Assembly (NCBI GenBank): GCA_964576865.1
Contig: CAZNVK010000001.1
Span: 50,697 to 114,696 of the forward strand
Length of the DNA: 64,000 nt
Direction of reading: 5' to 3'
DNA from: an uncultured Candidatus Poseidoniales archaeon
Lineage (GTDB): Archaea; Thermoplasmatota; Poseidoniia; Poseidoniales; Thalassarchaeaceae
The notes under the pieces are model-generated. The model had not been told where the DNA came from. It made no database searches and worked only from the letters and a program-made list of their open reading frames with translations. A program made the position numbers and the translations under genes. This document shows positions 39,001 through 52,190 of the stretch, in pieces (position 1 is the stretch's first letter; each line of letters starts with the position of its first letter).

Positions 39001-40830
39001 CTGTACACAATCCTTGCCGGAACGGGTGATGATCTGGGCGCGAAACCCGGAAAGACAGCGACGTTCTCTCTCTCGATTCGAAATACCGGAAATGGTGATA
39101 CTCAGTACTCGGTATCGTGTTCAAGCCCTGAGCAATGGATTATCCACGTCGGTTCGAGCCAATCCTCCTCTATGGTACTCGACCCGCTCAGTCGGCTGCA
39201 ATTCCTACCTCTGCCGATTCACGTGCGCGTTCCTGACACAGAGAACGGCCAACCTGCGGCAGGGACAACAGAAGATGTGACGTGTGTGACCACATCGGTG
39301 CAGGATCCCAGTGTGACGGCGACCGATGTGGCGACCGTGAACGTATTCGAGAGTTATGATTTCACGGTCGACCTAATCGATGATGGTGGCGTTGTGCTGG
39401 GGGCATTGGCTCTTGCGGAGGATAGGGCAGTTCTGAATGGGGACCTATCGGAGACGACAGTACTCGTGACTAACGCAGGAAATCTCCCGATGGATTTCTC
39501 GATGACAATCAGTTCCTCTCTCAACACTTGGAATGCACAATTGGTTCTAGGTGACGAGCAGACGACCGGCGCTCTGGAATTTTCGATACAAGCCGGAGAT
39601 AGCACGACAATTACCGTTCAAATGATGGTTCCTCTCAACGCTGAGATGGACACGAGGAATACACTGACTCTCCGCACTACATTGGTCGGGGGCGAGATGG
39701 TAACCAATGGAACGCGATTCATCGTACAGGAGATTGCTGCCCTAGAGGCCTCTGAAGGCGATTCGATTGCAGTCTCTCTCGGTCAGACTGGGACAGCGGA
39801 TGTCTGGGTGCGCAATGCTGGAAATGTTCCTCTTACACTTACCTGGAGTATCGGCAGCCTGCCTCATGGGTGGGTGGGTGGATTCCAATCCATCATCCCT
39901 ACCTCATTGGAGATGAACAGAGAGGCTTTGGTCACAGTCGGGCTGGATGTCCCTGGCAATCTGCCCGTTGGGATCAGCACCGGCATGGTGCCCGTCATCG
40001 TTGAAGCGGTCACGCCGGGCTCCGAGACGGTGACTCACACGTTTGAATTGGAAGTGGAGATTTTACCCTCAGTTTGGGCCTATCTGACTCCTGATGAGAT
40101 TTCGCTGAATGATATCGCAACAGAGGGTGATGGCATCTTTACAATCACTGTTGAGAATCTAGGAAATTCTAATTCGGGATTCACCTTTGAGGTGGGTGAG
40201 GTTGATTATTGGTCTTTCGAGGTTGATCCTGTCTCTGTTGAGATGATTCCAGCAGGAGGTTCGGTCGAAATTACAGTAAAGGCCACTCCAACTCCGTCTG
40301 CTGCTCTCGGGCTGACGAGTTTTATCCTATATGCTAATTCAACCGATGACGGGACGAGCAACTCGGTGACGAATTCCGAGCTCGTCCTCGAGGTCTCTCG
40401 CGCGCGAGATGACTCATGCAGCGGAATCGGTTGTCTGATGGTCAAACTCGGTTTGCCAAAGTGGGCTCTCGCCCTCGTCTTCCTATTCGTCCTCGCTGGC
40501 GTCGGCGTGGTGATGGTGCGAATGCGACGTGAATCCGAGGCTGCGATGAGTCCAGATGAGGAATTGATACCGTTAGGGTCGGCTCTCCATTCCGGATCTC
40601 AGGGCGAACGTCGAGCCATGGCTTTGGAGACCAGTTCGGCCGGTGAGGTTCTCAGTAAGGCTGTTAGTTCTGATGAGATCTCGGATGTTCTCGCCTCAAG
40701 CATGCCCTCTCTCTCCTTACCACCGGTTCCACCTGGCGCAATGCCACTTCCTCCGAGTGGTTTACCCGAGGGTTGGACAATGGACCAATGGGTCGCCTAC
40801 GGTCATATTTGGCATGAGCAGAACAAGTGA
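36043..40830 (+). CDS. Giant membrane-anchored subtilisin-like serine protease (peptidase S8) with multiple beta-rich C-terminal domains
   Basis: Signal peptide [22 protein letters not shown]8 catalytic triad contexts AISDTGLD (Asp), HGTHVAATL (His), [13 protein letters not shown] (Ser). About 1000 aa of repeated beta-domains, then [20 protein letters not shown] and a cytoplasmic tail. Confidence 0.8.
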   Translation: MNDRRMVLLTLVMLMLSGWSAGLVTATSNDEVNAPQHIGSEAATSDFMSFSNVDESTHELRSNSGLIHSPFGSFDPLEQPLPIGPENIYDPAALERTRFALVQSTSADLTQLYFALGEFGVNSIETVPDDTFLIQIPRNLDARQTLADLRESEYVRWAGELPISWRVSPAIAAIAGRQAVTVDLDLTPTPGLSSVELESLSQDLLSISGEVGPRSICDAHLCQPKAVNAIWIPILAMDGRILHLHESSRLTIHNSVASQIAGISQALVDSANTLNGSGEVLAISDTGLDADHGDFDGRVRGIYHQFGPDNSALDRNSGHGTHVAATLLGDGSGDISALGMVPAATFHFYQLEVDSSGIMARWGSLYDMFSHSWQNSARIQTNSWGNENLVGEYSSDSRSADAFIVDNPRFLVLFSAGDLGADGPSTITPPGTAKNVLTVGASTTGSEGSDPAGDVPDFSSMGATLDGRIKPDLVAPGVLLCSAQAEEAQSPDGESCTSATHDDGSTPLYMSLNGSSMATAVAAGGATMLRQHLRTEQGITEPRSDLIKAILINSANDIGSADIPNAAEGWGQIDVANAIQPRESGTDLNLLYDDSRQLEPGHSFVYTFDVDNSAGLDVTLVWVDSESSTISNQSAAKLVNDLDLTATSPDGTEYLGNVFASGQSTAGGSADRLNNVERVSIPAGNGGMWTITIGHAGGLTQSFALVATGLLQEETTADLTVFEGSLSTSILAPLQGDTVLVEAAWRNQAAKASGAYTVEIEDLTEGTILYTSNRNSLAGGASASLSFPHVFQTTGEHILELRLDTGDDVIELNDENTGVDNNRYQLTVQISQIGVRITPLMEDGSIPQTPVDLAQAMTRTLDPSTGSIIIYDFILQNEGTSPISVGLSVTPLQRIDDQGILQAPRDEWWKLLNETGPWDLAEGGNEGDSTRVTLTLEDVDADLTDPTGARYALPGTFVNDLNLFDKNAPTVSHTIRVTSTVERIEGLYTILAGTGDDLGAKPGKTATFSLSIRNTGNGDTQYSVSCSSPEQWIIHVGSSQSSSMVLDPLSRLQFLPLPIHVRVPDTENGQPAAGTTEDVTCVTTSVQDPSVTATDVATVNVFESYDFTVDLIDDGGVVLGALALAEDRAVLNGDLSETTVLVTNAGNLPMDFSMTISSSLNTWNAQLVLGDEQTTGALEFSIQAGDSTTITVQMMVPLNAEMDTRNTLTLRTTLVGGEMVTNGTRFIVQEIAALEASEGDSIAVSLGQTGTADVWVRNAGNVPLTLTWSIGSLPHGWVGGFQSIIPTSLEMNREALVTVGLDVPGNLPVGISTGMVPVIVEAVTPGSETVTHTFELEVEILPSVWAYLTPDEISLNDIATEGDGIFTITVENLGNSNSGFTFEVGEVDYWSFEVDPVSVEMIPAGGSVEITVKATPTPSAALGLTSFILYANSTDDGTSNSVTNSELVLEVSRARDDSCSGIGCLMVKLGLPKWALALVFLFVLAGVGVVMVRMRRESEAAMSPDEELIPLGSALHSGSQGERRAMALETSSAGEVLSKAVSSDEISDVLASSMPSLSLPPVPPGAMPLPPSGLPEGWTMDQWVAYGHIWHEQNK

Positions 40831-40877
40831 TCGCGCTCAGGGTCTGTCTTAAGACCGTGAGGCGGCTGGCGCGGCCG

Positions 40878-41504
40878 ATGACTGGATCGATAGTCCTCTT
40901 CGGCCCGCCTGGCGCTGGAAAAGGCACTCAGGCGGGACGAATCGTTGCTCTCACCGGCAAGCCTCAGGTCTCTACAGGCGACATGCTGCGAGAGGCGGTC
41001 AAAGCTGGATCCCCAATGGGGATGGCCGCGAAGGAATACATGGATGCAGGATTACTGGTCCCTGACGAGGTCATCATCGGTCTGATAGAGGAGCGTCTAC
41101 AGCAGGACGATGCTGCTTCAGGCGTACTCTTCGATGGATTTCCTAGGACGATTCCACAGGCGGAAGCGCTAGAGCAGATTGCCGATGTGGCCTCGGTAAT
41201 CTCGATTGAGGTGCCCGATGAAGCCATCGTCGAGCGCATCGTCGGGCGGAGGATGGATCCAGAGACCGGCGAGATTTATCATGTCAAGTTCAAGCAGGCT
41301 CCCGCAGAGGTAGAGGAGCGCTTGATTCAGAGGCTGGACGACACAGAGGAGACTGTCAGAGCTCGTCTAGTAGCATATCACGCTCAGACTGCACCTCTTG
41401 CTGATTGGTACGCTGAGCGTGGAGTTCTGATTAGAATTGACGGCAATGCCCCGATCGATGAGGTCGGTGTGTCGGTCGAAGCTGCCGTGAGTTCTGCAAT
41501 CTGA
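40878..41504 (+). CDS. adk: Adenylate kinase (long, bacterial-type)
   Basis: P-loop [18 protein letters not shown]-binding and LID region ([16 protein letters not shown]). About 208 aa from ATG 40878. Confidence 0.85.
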   Translation: MTGSIVLFGPPGAGKGTQAGRIVALTGKPQVSTGDMLREAVKAGSPMGMAAKEYMDAGLLVPDEVIIGLIEERLQQDDAASGVLFDGFPRTIPQAEALEQIADVASVISIEVPDEAIVERIVGRRMDPETGEIYHVKFKQAPAEVEERLIQRLDDTEETVRARLVAYHAQTAPLADWYAERGVLIRIDGNAPIDEVGVSVEAAVSSAI

Positions 41505-41513
41505 GGTGAGGGA

Positions 41514-41840
41514 ATGGCACGCCGAAGGAGAGCCCGAGATACTGGTGTCCGTCAAAAGCGTGGTGAGGAGGCGGTCGAGTATCTGGGTGAAGTTCTCGAC
41601 AATTATGCCTCATCAGACCCAGAGGTCGCCCAGGCCGCCTCTCGTGATCTGATGCGCGTCGTCAGGCGCCATTCAGTCACGGCACCCCCTGATCTACGGG
41701 AGAAAGCCTGCCGAGGCTGCGGAGCCGCTCTTGTTCACGGGCGCAACACGCGGGTGAGAATCTATTGCGAAATGCGTCTCACAACCTGTCTGACTTGTGG
41801 CAGAGTCAACAGAAAGAGTTTGAATCAAGAGGTGGAGTAA
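41514..41840 (+). CDS. rnp4: RNase P protein component 4 (Rpp21/RNP4), zinc-ribbon protein
   Basis: Conserved pattern KACRGCGAALVHGRNTRVRI...TCLTCGRVNRK (CxxC...CxxC with VR-containing segment), typical of archaeal Rpp21. 108 aa. Confidence 0.7.
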   Translation: MARRRRARDTGVRQKRGEEAVEYLGEVLDNYASSDPEVAQAASRDLMRVVRRHSVTAPPDLREKACRGCGAALVHGRNTRVRIYCEMRLTTCLTCGRVNRKSLNQEVE

Positions 41841-42112
41841 TGACCTCGGCCCCAAAGCGAATCAAGCAGCAAGCGATGGATCGAGGCCTCATTATCTCTG
41901 TAAGAATCGGCAGAAACGGCCTGACCGATTCACTGGTACAAGAAATGAAGGACCAATTGGCCAAGAGGAGTCTGGTCAAGGTGAAGGCCAACCGCGGGGT
42001 TGTCGAAGGCTCAGATGAGCGGTCGGGTTTGTTCGATGCAATTGCGGAGAGCACAAGCTCACATGTGGTTTTCTCACGCGGTAATGTGGCCGTTTTCTGG
42101 TCGGGTGAATGA
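41840..42112 (+). CDS. CRM-domain RNA-binding protein (YhbY family)
   Basis: IGRNGLTDSLVQEMKDQLAKRSLVKVK matches the YhbY/CRS1 GxxG RNA-binding motif. ATG overlaps the rnp4 stop by 1 nt (TAATG). Confidence 0.65.
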   Translation: MTSAPKRIKQQAMDRGLIISVRIGRNGLTDSLVQEMKDQLAKRSLVKVKANRGVVEGSDERSGLFDAIAESTSSHVVFSRGNVAVFWSGE

Positions 42113-42183
42113 GGTCTCCCTCGGTAAGGCGGGTCAATTTCTGATAGTGAGTTATTTAGAGGCATCAAAGGTCGGCCGGTTCA

Positions 42184-43590
42184 ATGATTACCGAAGCCCA
42201 GGTCGTTCTCGCGATCTTCGTTCTGTCCTTTGCCTTAATTCTGTCAGAGGTGGTGCATCGTACAATCGCCGCTTGGTTCGGTTCTGTTTTGATGCTTCTA
42301 TACGGTCACTACACCGGTGTCTTCCACCTCCACGAGCAGTATAATATGGCTGGAGAATTGATCAAGACCTATACGCTTGAGCACACTATGATTGGATGGA
42401 TTGAGTGGGAGGTAATCGGCCTCCTCCTCGGAATGATGATTTTCGCTTCTATCCTTGAGCTCTGTGGATTCTTCGAATATGTCGCAATCAAGGCGTCTAA
42501 GATGAGTAAAGGTGACCCTTGGAGACTAATCGTCCTTCTGGGTACATTCACCACACTCATCTCCCTCGTCATCGACAATGTCACTGCTATCATCATCATC
42601 GCACCTGTGACCTTGAGGATTTGCAATAAGTTGGAGATCAATCCGGTTCCACCTCTGTTGGCCGAAGCGATTCTCTCAGATACCGGTGGAGTGGCTTCGA
42701 TGGTGGGTGACCCTCCGAATGTGATGATTGCAGCCGCAGCGGCAGACGCGTCTCCAATCTTAGATGCGTTCTCATTCAACGGCTTCCTACTCAAACTCGG
42801 AATTCTCACTTTCTTCGCTTGGGTTGCAACCCTTGGATACTTCCGCTGGTACTACAAGGATTGGACTTCACAGAAGCCTCCTCATGTTGAGCTATTAATG
42901 GAGGAAGACGAATGGGATGCTATCAATGACAAGCAATTGATGTACACGACTCTGGTGATTCTTGGTTTGACTGTAGTGGCATTCTCGGCCAAGTCTTTCC
43001 TCGATCTTGAAATCGAGATTGACGGCATTGCTTTGGCTGGTGCTGGATTCGCTCTGATTGCCGCCCGCCCAAAGAACGAGGAATTAAGAGAGGGATTCAT
43101 CAATGACGTCGTCGATAAGGTCGAATGGCAAGCGTTGCTCTTCTTCGCAGGACTATTCCTTCTGGTTGGAGGGGTCGGCGACGTGGGCTATCTGGATCAG
43201 GTCGCGAATTGGATCTTCGACAACTTCGGTGACGATGAGGTGAAGCTTGCCGTCGCTATAATCTGGGTCTCTGCAATCGCCAGCGCTCTCATTGACAATA
43301 TCCCATTTACCGCTGCGATGATCCCTGTGATATTCAGCATCACCGAGGCGAGTGGTGGAGCTCTCAGCCCAGAGCCTCTGCTCTGGGCCTTGGCGATGGG
43401 TGCTGGATTCGGTGGCAATGCCACGCCAATCGGTTCTAGCGCGAACGTGATGACGGTTGCTATCAGCGAGCGAGGTCCCTACCCTATCACCACGAAGGAG
43501 TGGGTCAGAGCAGGTTTGCCTGTGATGCTCATCACCTGTGTTGTGGCGACCCTCTTCATGATGGCATTCCACGGTGCGCTCTACTCATGA
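42184..43590 (+). CDS. Ion/anion permease, ArsB/NhaD-like (CitMHS / SLC13-type) membrane transporter
   Basis: 468 aa with about 10-12 hydrophobic helices arranged as two repeats around a central hydrophilic loop. Conserved GDPPN-like motif (MVGDPPNVMIAAAA). Confidence 0.6.
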   Translation: MITEAQVVLAIFVLSFALILSEVVHRTIAAWFGSVLMLLYGHYTGVFHLHEQYNMAGELIKTYTLEHTMIGWIEWEVIGLLLGMMIFASILELCGFFEYVAIKASKMSKGDPWRLIVLLGTFTTLISLVIDNVTAIIIIAPVTLRICNKLEINPVPPLLAEAILSDTGGVASMVGDPPNVMIAAAAADASPILDAFSFNGFLLKLGILTFFAWVATLGYFRWYYKDWTSQKPPHVELLMEEDEWDAINDKQLMYTTLVILGLTVVAFSAKSFLDLEIEIDGIALAGAGFALIAARPKNEELREGFINDVVDKVEWQALLFFAGLFLLVGGVGDVGYLDQVANWIFDNFGDDEVKLAVAIIWVSAIASALIDNIPFTAAMIPVIFSITEASGGALSPEPLLWALAMGAGFGGNATPIGSSANVMTVAISERGPYPITTKEWVRAGLPVMLITCVVATLFMMAFHGALYS

Positions 43591-43681
43591 GATACAGAGC
43601 CAATACCCACGCGCCAGGCTAGCCGTGCGAGAGGTAACTCGGCCTGGCTAGGGCGCTAGCCGGCGACAGCATCAAGCCCAG

Positions 43682-44191
43682 ATGACCTACCGTTGGTACA
43701 TGCTTGCCTGCCTCGTCTGCCAGATGGTGCTGGGAAGTCCGGGGACTTGTCCTCTCTGTGGAAGTGAGGTAAGAGATGCAGCGGAAGTCGTACACCATAC
43801 GGAGAATTCGAGTCAATCCGAAGCCGATTCAGTCGGCCTTCCATTCGGCCTAGGAGAGGATCTCTCGATCCCACCGACAACCATCCTCCCCTTCGGCATT
43901 GAAGAGGCTCCAGACACACCCACAGAAGCCTCTGAGGGTCCTACAAAGGCAGCCTCAATCCTAGAAGACCAAGGTCTCCCATTCGGTATCGAAGACGCTC
44001 CTATCACCCCTCCTAATCCCGCACCGATGCCCGGTGCAGAATCCACCTCCACCACTCTGCCATTTGGCATCGAGGATTCACCCTCAGAATCACCTCCGGA
44101 AACAGAGAATTTACCCTCGAACGAGAGCCGGATTCCAACCTCAGAATTGCCCTTCGGAATAGAGCATATGCATCACACCCCGATAGAATGA
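43682..44191 (+). CDS. Zinc-ribbon protein with five tandem LPFG(I/L)E-D/E-AP Pro/Thr-rich repeats
   Basis: N-terminal CLVC...CPLCG. Five repeats of LPFGIE(D/E)(A/S)P spaced about 25 aa apart. The repeat codons differ synonymously between copies, which argues for real coding sequence. Confidence 0.5.
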   Translation: MTYRWYMLACLVCQMVLGSPGTCPLCGSEVRDAAEVVHHTENSSQSEADSVGLPFGLGEDLSIPPTTILPFGIEEAPDTPTEASEGPTKAASILEDQGLPFGIEDAPITPPNPAPMPGAESTSTTLPFGIEDSPSESPPETENLPSNESRIPTSELPFGIEHMHHTPIE

Positions 44192-44398
44192 CTGATTCCG
44201 GCTCTCAATACGGCGTTCAGACCCCACCTTGAACGACCCGCGTAGTTCATATACCGGAGGTAGGTCGCACGCCTGCTTTTGGTGCACCCTTGTATGGGCA
44301 CATACAGGGGGAAGTGGTCGAGAACGCTCCGCCCTGCGGGGAGACGGAGTGTTCTGAGAGACCAGATAGAATCGATATGCCTGGACACCAGAGGAGAC

Positions 44399-44418
44399 GA
44401 CTGAACAGTTGTTCAGTC
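44399..44418 (+). other. Perfect 8-bp stem / 4-nt loop hairpin in the 23S rRNA leader (gactgaac-agtt-gttcagtc); possible processing-stem element
   Basis: Inverted repeat read directly in the sequence about 40 nt upstream of the mature 23S 5' end. Confidence 0.4.
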
Positions 44419-44457
44419 CTCACAAAAATGTGGGTAATGTAGAAATCAAAAATGCTA

Positions 44458-47325
<2,868 letters not shown>

Positions 47326-47343
47326 GCATTCATCTTTCTACTT

Positions 47344-47364
47344 GCCCACACAATTTTTGTGGGC
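47344..47364 (+). other. Hairpin with internal T5 run (gcccac-acaattttt-gtgggc) in the 23S-5S spacer; possible processing/termination element
   Basis: Inverted repeat read directly in the sequence between the rRNA genes. Confidence 0.35.
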
Positions 47365-47416
47365 CTCTGTCCAATAGGCAGATTCGATTCTATCACCAAA
47401 CACATTCGAAGGAGAG

Positions 47417-47541
47417 TTGTGCACGGCCACAGCGGAGGGGTAATACCCGGTCCCATATCGAACCCGGAAGTCAAGTCCTCCTGCGTCGTACTCTGTACTG
47501 TGGTGCGAGAGCCCACGGGAACTTGCGTCGCTGTGCCACTC
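47417..47541 (+). rRNA. rrf: 5S ribosomal RNA
   Basis: GCACGGCCACAGCGGAGGGG...CCCGGTCCCATATCGAACCCGGAAGTCAAG...GTGCGAGAGCCCACGGGAACTTGCGTCGCTGTGCCAC. Conserved 5S helices; about 90 nt downstream of the 23S. Ends approximate. Confidence 0.85.
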
Positions 47542-47614
47542 TCCTTCACCTCCCCGCATCAACATTCATCCACCATGGGCGGAGCCATCCGTATAGACGA
47601 AGACAGGTGAGACC

Positions 47615-48277
47615 ATGGGAATTTCGACCGGCGACATTCTTGGACACGCCCAAGTTGGCGTTTACCTGAGCGTTGTCGGCGATGTTTTGTTCCATCCTTC
47701 ATCTTTGGATCAGCCTGCAGTCGAAGAGTTGACTGCTGCATTTGATATGGAGATGCACCCATGTCTGATCGGAGGCTCGGCTTTGCTGGGTTCTCTGGTT
47801 CGAGGCAATACGAAGGGTTTGGCGGTCGCCGATATCGCGACTGAGGCAGATCTCGATGAGTTGAGCAGTTTTGGAGACCTCGTCGTTCTCGAGAGCGGCG
47901 TGAACGCGGCTGGAAATCTGCTAAGTTGCAATGAGCACGGCGCTATCGTCAGCCCAGTGATCCCTGGTCCCGGGGCTGAGATGATTGGTGAGGTGCTCAA
48001 GGTCGATGCCGTGCGCTCGAAGATCGCAGGTCAGGAGACGGTGGGCTCGCTTTCCGTCGCGAATAACAAGGGAGTCCTCGCTCACCCTGACATCTCTGCC
48101 GAGGAGGCGGAGCGAATCGCAGAGATCATGCAGGTCCCAGTGATGGTCGGCACCGTTTGTTTTGGTTCGCCATATGTCGGTGCCGGGTGTGTCGCGAGCG
48201 AGACTCATGCCTTTGTCGGGTCAGGCTCGACCGGACCCGAGTTGAATCGTATCGAAGATGCGCTCGGACTCATTTGA
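47615..48277 (+). CDS. eif6: Translation initiation factor 6 (aIF6/eIF6)
   Basis: 220 aa. Pentameric-repeat pattern with the N-terminal GHAQVGVY...VVGDVLF segment typical of eIF6. Immediately downstream of the 5S rRNA. Confidence 0.75.
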   Translation: MGISTGDILGHAQVGVYLSVVGDVLFHPSSLDQPAVEELTAAFDMEMHPCLIGGSALLGSLVRGNTKGLAVADIATEADLDELSSFGDLVVLESGVNAAGNLLSCNEHGAIVSPVIPGPGAEMIGEVLKVDAVRSKIAGQETVGSLSVANNKGVLAHPDISAEEAERIAEIMQVPVMVGTVCFGSPYVGAGCVASETHAFVGSGSTGPELNRIEDALGLI

Positions 48278-48306
48278 GTGGACTTACGTTACGGCTGAGC
48301 GAGCCC

Positions 48307-49536
48307 TCATCGGAATCTCGATGCATCGAACGGTGCATCTTTGTCGATGCGCTCGGCGACCTCAGGCATCGGATATTTCAGCCCGGTCGCGGTATTGAAC
48401 AGGACGACTTGGTCCGACTTGGAGACGAGTCCCTGTTCGAGTGCCTGCTCGTAGGCAGCGAATGTCGCAGCCCCTTCTGGACATAAGAGCAGGCCGTCCT
48501 CGCGACCCACGCGGTCGCGAGCATCCATCAATTCCTCATCTGAGACGGCGATTGCGAAGCCGCCAGATTCGCGAACCGCGCGTAGAATCAGGAAATCGCC
48601 AATCGCCGCAGGCACGCGGATTCCACTCGCTTCCGTCTCTGCATTCTGCCAGAACTCGGCGTGCTCCACGCCGTCCTGCCAAGCCTTCACCATCGGCGCG
48701 CATCCAGTCGATTGCACAGCCACCATCCGAGGCAATGCGCAATCGATCCACCCCAATTCGAGCAACTCGTGGAAGGCCTTCCACATGCCGATCAAGCCAG
48801 TCCCACCACCGGTGGGATAGAAGATCACATCCGGCAAATCCCAACCGAGTTGCTCGGCCAATTCTAACCCCATCGTCTTCTTCCCCTCGATGCGATAAGG
48901 CTCCTTCAGGGTCGAGACGGCGAACCAACCGAGCTCATTCTTCCCCGCAGCGATGATACCACCACAATCTCCGATCAGCCCGTTCACAAGGTACGTATCA
49001 CCGCCTTGAGCCAGCGTCTCGGAGGTATTGATCACAGGTGTGTTATCAGGGCACAATACGGTGGTTCGCATGCCAGCGCGAGCAGCATAAGCTGCGAGCG
49101 CTGACCCAGCATTTCCATTGGTTGGAATCGCCAAATGACCCAAACCAAATTCCTTAGCCATGGAGACAGCCAAACACAATCCCCGCGCCTTGAACGAACC
49201 GGTCGGCAGGCGCGACTCATCCTTGACGAGCACCTCCCCCTCCCCGCTCAATCCGAGGTGCTCGACACTCCTCTCAAGCCTGATGAGGGGAGTGACAACC
49301 TCGCCCAGACTCACCCGATTCGCCGCATCTGCAACCGGCAATAGCGGCGAATACCGCCAAAACCCAGCTTCACTCGACCCCTCGACCGAGCCCCGACTAA
49401 CCTCTTCCCGCATCCGGGCGAGGTCGTACTTCACCAGCAATGGTTTGCCCGCCGAAGAAAGCGTGTGGACCTTTCCTTTTTCGAGCACTACCCCTGTGTA
49501 CGCACATTCGAGGTGGGTCACATAATCGGTTGACAT
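48307..49536 (-). CDS. thrC: Threonine synthase (PLP-dependent, TrpB-like fold)
   Basis: PLP-lysine motif LVKDESRLPTGSFKARG. Gly-rich PLP phosphate loop (PTGGGTGLIG). 409 aa. Confidence 0.65.
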   Translation of the reverse strand: MSTDYVTHLECAYTGVVLEKGKVHTLSSAGKPLLVKYDLARMREEVSRGSVEGSSEAGFWRYSPLLPVADAANRVSLGEVVTPLIRLERSVEHLGLSGEGEVLVKDESRLPTGSFKARGLCLAVSMAKEFGLGHLAIPTNGNAGSALAAYAARAGMRTTVLCPDNTPVINTSETLAQGGDTYLVNGLIGDCGGIIAAGKNELGWFAVSTLKEPYRIEGKKTMGLELAEQLGWDLPDVIFYPTGGGTGLIGMWKAFHELLELGWIDCALPRMVAVQSTGCAPMVKAWQDGVEHAEFWQNAETEASGIRVPAAIGDFLILRAVRESGGFAIAVSDEELMDARDRVGREDGLLLCPEGAATFAAYEQALEQGLVSKSDQVVLFNTATGLKYPMPEVAERIDKDAPFDASRFR

Positions 49537-49586
49537 CAGCGCTGCTCTCGCGAATCAAGCCAATGAATATGCCGCGAGCGAATCAA

Positions 49587-49817
49587 TCAAATCGCGGTTG
49601 GAGCGACGTGACCGTCCTCCTTATCATCCTTCGAACGGACACGATTCCAAACATTCGTCATCAGCTCATCATGATGCTCTTTACAGTAGTGAAATCGACG
49701 ATATGCTTCACGGAATGAATATGCTTTCTTTCCAGTCGCGACGAGGAATCCTTCAGGCGAAAGACGGCTAATCTTGTCTCCTTCGACCTCACATCCCGGA
49801 TAATCGCAGGTCGCCAT
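49587..49817 (-). CDS. Small hypothetical Cys/His-containing protein (76 aa)
   Basis: ORF in an operon-like position between the biotin carrier and thrC; C...C...C..H spacing suggests possible metal binding. Confidence 0.3.
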   Translation of the reverse strand: MATCDYPGCEVEGDKISRLSPEGFLVATGKKAYSFREAYRRFHYCKEHHDELMTNVWNRVRSKDDKEDGHVAPTAI

Positions 49818-49833
49818 GATTCCACCTCAACAC

Positions 49834-50259
49834 TCACTCAGTTTTGTCTTCTTCGTCGCTGTTGTCTTGTTCGGGCTCGATGACTACCAGCGGCGAGTTT
49901 GCTTCGACGCTTTCGCCCGGCTTGCAGTTGATGCTTGAGACGGTACCTGACACTGGCGCGTGAATCTCATTCTGCATCTTCATCGCCTCGAGAATCATCA
50001 CCACTTCTCCCTCGGCGACGCTCTGTCCTTCGCGAACCGAAATCGAGACGACCTTGCCTGGGATAGAGGAGGAAATCGTTCCCGACTTCTTGCCTCGCCC
50101 ACTCCGCTTGCGCTTCTTCGCACCCTGCTCGGCAGCGGATCCTCCTTCGACTTCTATCGAGAATGATTTGCCGCCGACGCTGACCTGCCAGACGCCGTCG
50201 GCCTTTTCGAGTTCGACCTCGAACTCGTCACCGTCGACCTTGACCTTACGAGTTACCAT
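49834..50259 (-). CDS. Biotin carboxyl carrier protein / biotinyl-domain subunit of an acyl-CoA carboxylase or decarboxylase
   Basis: Biotinylation motif EAMKM within VVMILEAMKMQNEIHAPVSGTV. Ala/Pro/Lys-rich linker. 141 aa. Confidence 0.8.
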   Translation of the reverse strand: MVTRKVKVDGDEFEVELEKADGVWQVSVGGKSFSIEVEGGSAAEQGAKKRKRSGRGKKSGTISSSIPGKVVSISVREGQSVAEGEVVMILEAMKMQNEIHAPVSGTVSSINCKPGESVEANSPLVVIEPEQDNSDEEDKTE

Positions 50260-50316
50260 TAGATCACCATCGAATGCTTGTTTGAGCGGGTGGAGGGTTG
50301 ATTCTGAATCATCTGT

Positions 50317-50523
50317 TCACCTCGTAACGCTCCTGCGTGTACGCGCGCGGAACAGGTTTCTGCGGCCGATTAGCGCGCGGCGATGGTCGCGCGACCAAGC
50401 ATCGCCTCCTTCGCGCCCCTCGCTCGGGCCGAGGGTGTCACCTTCTGATTCCTCGGCTAGCACTGCGGCGATTGCTGCGGCGAGATATTTGTCCTTCTTT
50501 CGGGCCATTCTGACATTCCTCAC
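50317..50523 (-). CDS. Possible small subunit associated with the carboxyltransferase (68 aa); uncertain
   Basis: Short ORF overlapping the stop of the upstream carboxyltransferase gene by 4 nt; no motif recognised. Confidence 0.25.
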   Translation of the reverse strand: MRNVRMARKKDKYLAAAIAAVLAEESEGDTLGPSEGREGGDAWSRDHRRALIGRRNLFRARTRRSVTR

Positions 50524-52073
50524 AGTGGGATATTGCCGTGTTTGCGGGCTGGGCGGATCTCCTCCTTCTCGAGGAGGGCGCCCAGTGCCTTGGTGAGTTT
50601 TGCGCGGGTTTCACGTGGCTGGATGACATCGTCGAGGTAGCCTAGTGAGGCCGCGCGGTACGGGTTAGCGAATGTGTCTTCGTAATCGTCGATGAGTCGC
50701 TTGCGCTCGCCTTCTGGGTCGCCGGCTGAGCCGATTCTCCTGCGATGGATGATCTGCACGGCTCCCTCGGCGCCCATCACTGCGAGTTGGGCTGTGGGCC
50801 AAGCGATGTTGTAATCGCCTCGGATATGCTTGCTGCTCATCACATCGTAGGCGCCTCCGTAGGCCTTGCGGGTGATGACTGTGAGTTTGGGAACTGTCGC
50901 TTCGGCGTATGCGTAGAGGAGTTTTGCGCCGTGGCGGATGATTCCGCCCCATTCCTGGCTTGCACCGGGTAGGAATCCGGGGACGTCGACGAAGGTAAGG
51001 AGTGGGATGTTGAAAGCGTCGCAGAAGCGGACGAATCTGGCTGCCTTGACCGAGGCATCGATGTCGAGGCAGCCCGCCAAGACCTTTGGTTGGTTGGCGA
51101 CGATACCGACCGTATGTCCGCCGAGTCGCCCGAAGCCGACTACGATGTTTCCAGCGAAATCGGCTTGAACCTCGAGGAAGGCGCCATCGTCGAGGGTTGC
51201 TTCGATAGCGTCGATGATATCGTAAGGGGTGGTTGAATCGTTGGGAATCAAATCGTCAAGAGACTCGCAAACCCTGTCGAAGGGGTCGCTCGACGCCTTG
51301 GTCGGTGGCTTTTCCAGATTGTTGAGAGGCAAGAGTCCGACGAGGTCGCGAACCAAGTCCAGTGCCTCGTCGTCGTCCTCGGCGGTGAAATGGGTGACAC
51401 CGGAACGAGATGCGTGAGTCGCAGCCCCGCCGAGGTCCTCGAAAGAGACTTCTTCATTGGTCACCGTCTTGATCACCTCAGGTCCGGTGATGAACATGTG
51501 AGCGGTCTGGTCGACCATCACCACGAAGTCGGTTATCGCAGGTGAATAGACCGCTCCGCCAGCGCATGGTCCCATAATCACGGAAATCTGTGGAATTACT
51601 CCGCTGGCGCGAACATTGCGGAAGAAAATCTCGGCGTAGGAGCCTAAGCTCGCTACGCCTTCCTGGATTCGGGCGCCGCCGCTATCATTCAATCCAATCA
51701 CCGGCGCGCCCGTCTTCAATGCCATATCCAGAATCTTGCAGATCTTCAGGCCGTGCATCTCGCCCAGCGAACCTCCGTAAACGGTGAAATCCTGGGCGAA
51801 GCAATACACAGTCCGACCATCGATGGTTCCGTGTCCGCAAACCACCCCATCGCCCGGAATTACGTTGCGATCCATATCGAAATCCCGACATCGATGCTCG
51901 ACCAATCCATCGACTTCGACAAAGGAGTCCTCATCCAATAATTGCTCGATTCTCTCGCGCGCGGTCATTTTACCGCGCGCGTGCTGAGCTGCAATCCTCT
52001 TCTGGCCGCCGCCAGCCTCCGCCTGCGCCTTGCGGCGGCGCAAGTCATCGATGCGCTCCTTCACACCTGACAT
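50520..52073 (-). CDS. pccB: Acyl-CoA carboxyltransferase (propionyl-CoA carboxylase beta / methylmalonyl-CoA decarboxylase alpha family)
   Basis: 517 aa. N-terminal [17 protein letters not shown]. Conserved carboxyltransferase N- and C-domains (GGARIQEG). Confidence 0.85.
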   Translation of the reverse strand: MSGVKERIDDLRRRKAQAEAGGGQKRIAAQHARGKMTARERIEQLLDEDSFVEVDGLVEHRCRDFDMDRNVIPGDGVVCGHGTIDGRTVYCFAQDFTVYGGSLGEMHGLKICKILDMALKTGAPVIGLNDSGGARIQEGVASLGSYAEIFFRNVRASGVIPQISVIMGPCAGGAVYSPAITDFVVMVDQTAHMFITGPEVIKTVTNEEVSFEDLGGAATHASRSGVTHFTAEDDDEALDLVRDLVGLLPLNNLEKPPTKASSDPFDRVCESLDDLIPNDSTTPYDIIDAIEATLDDGAFLEVQADFAGNIVVGFGRLGGHTVGIVANQPKVLAGCLDIDASVKAARFVRFCDAFNIPLLTFVDVPGFLPGASQEWGGIIRHGAKLLYAYAEATVPKLTVITRKAYGGAYDVMSSKHIRGDYNIAWPTAQLAVMGAEGAVQIIHRRRIGSAGDPEGERKRLIDDYEDTFANPYRAASLGYLDDVIQPRETRAKLTKALGALLEKEEIRPARKHGNIPL

Positions 52074-52190
52074 GATATGCCTCGCAACGAGGAGAAGCCG
52101 CCCATGAGCATTCCCTTTGAGACAGCACTAGGCCTTAGGTCACAATCGGTTGCTTGAAGGGCATCGAAGTGGTGGGACAATCGACCGAAG

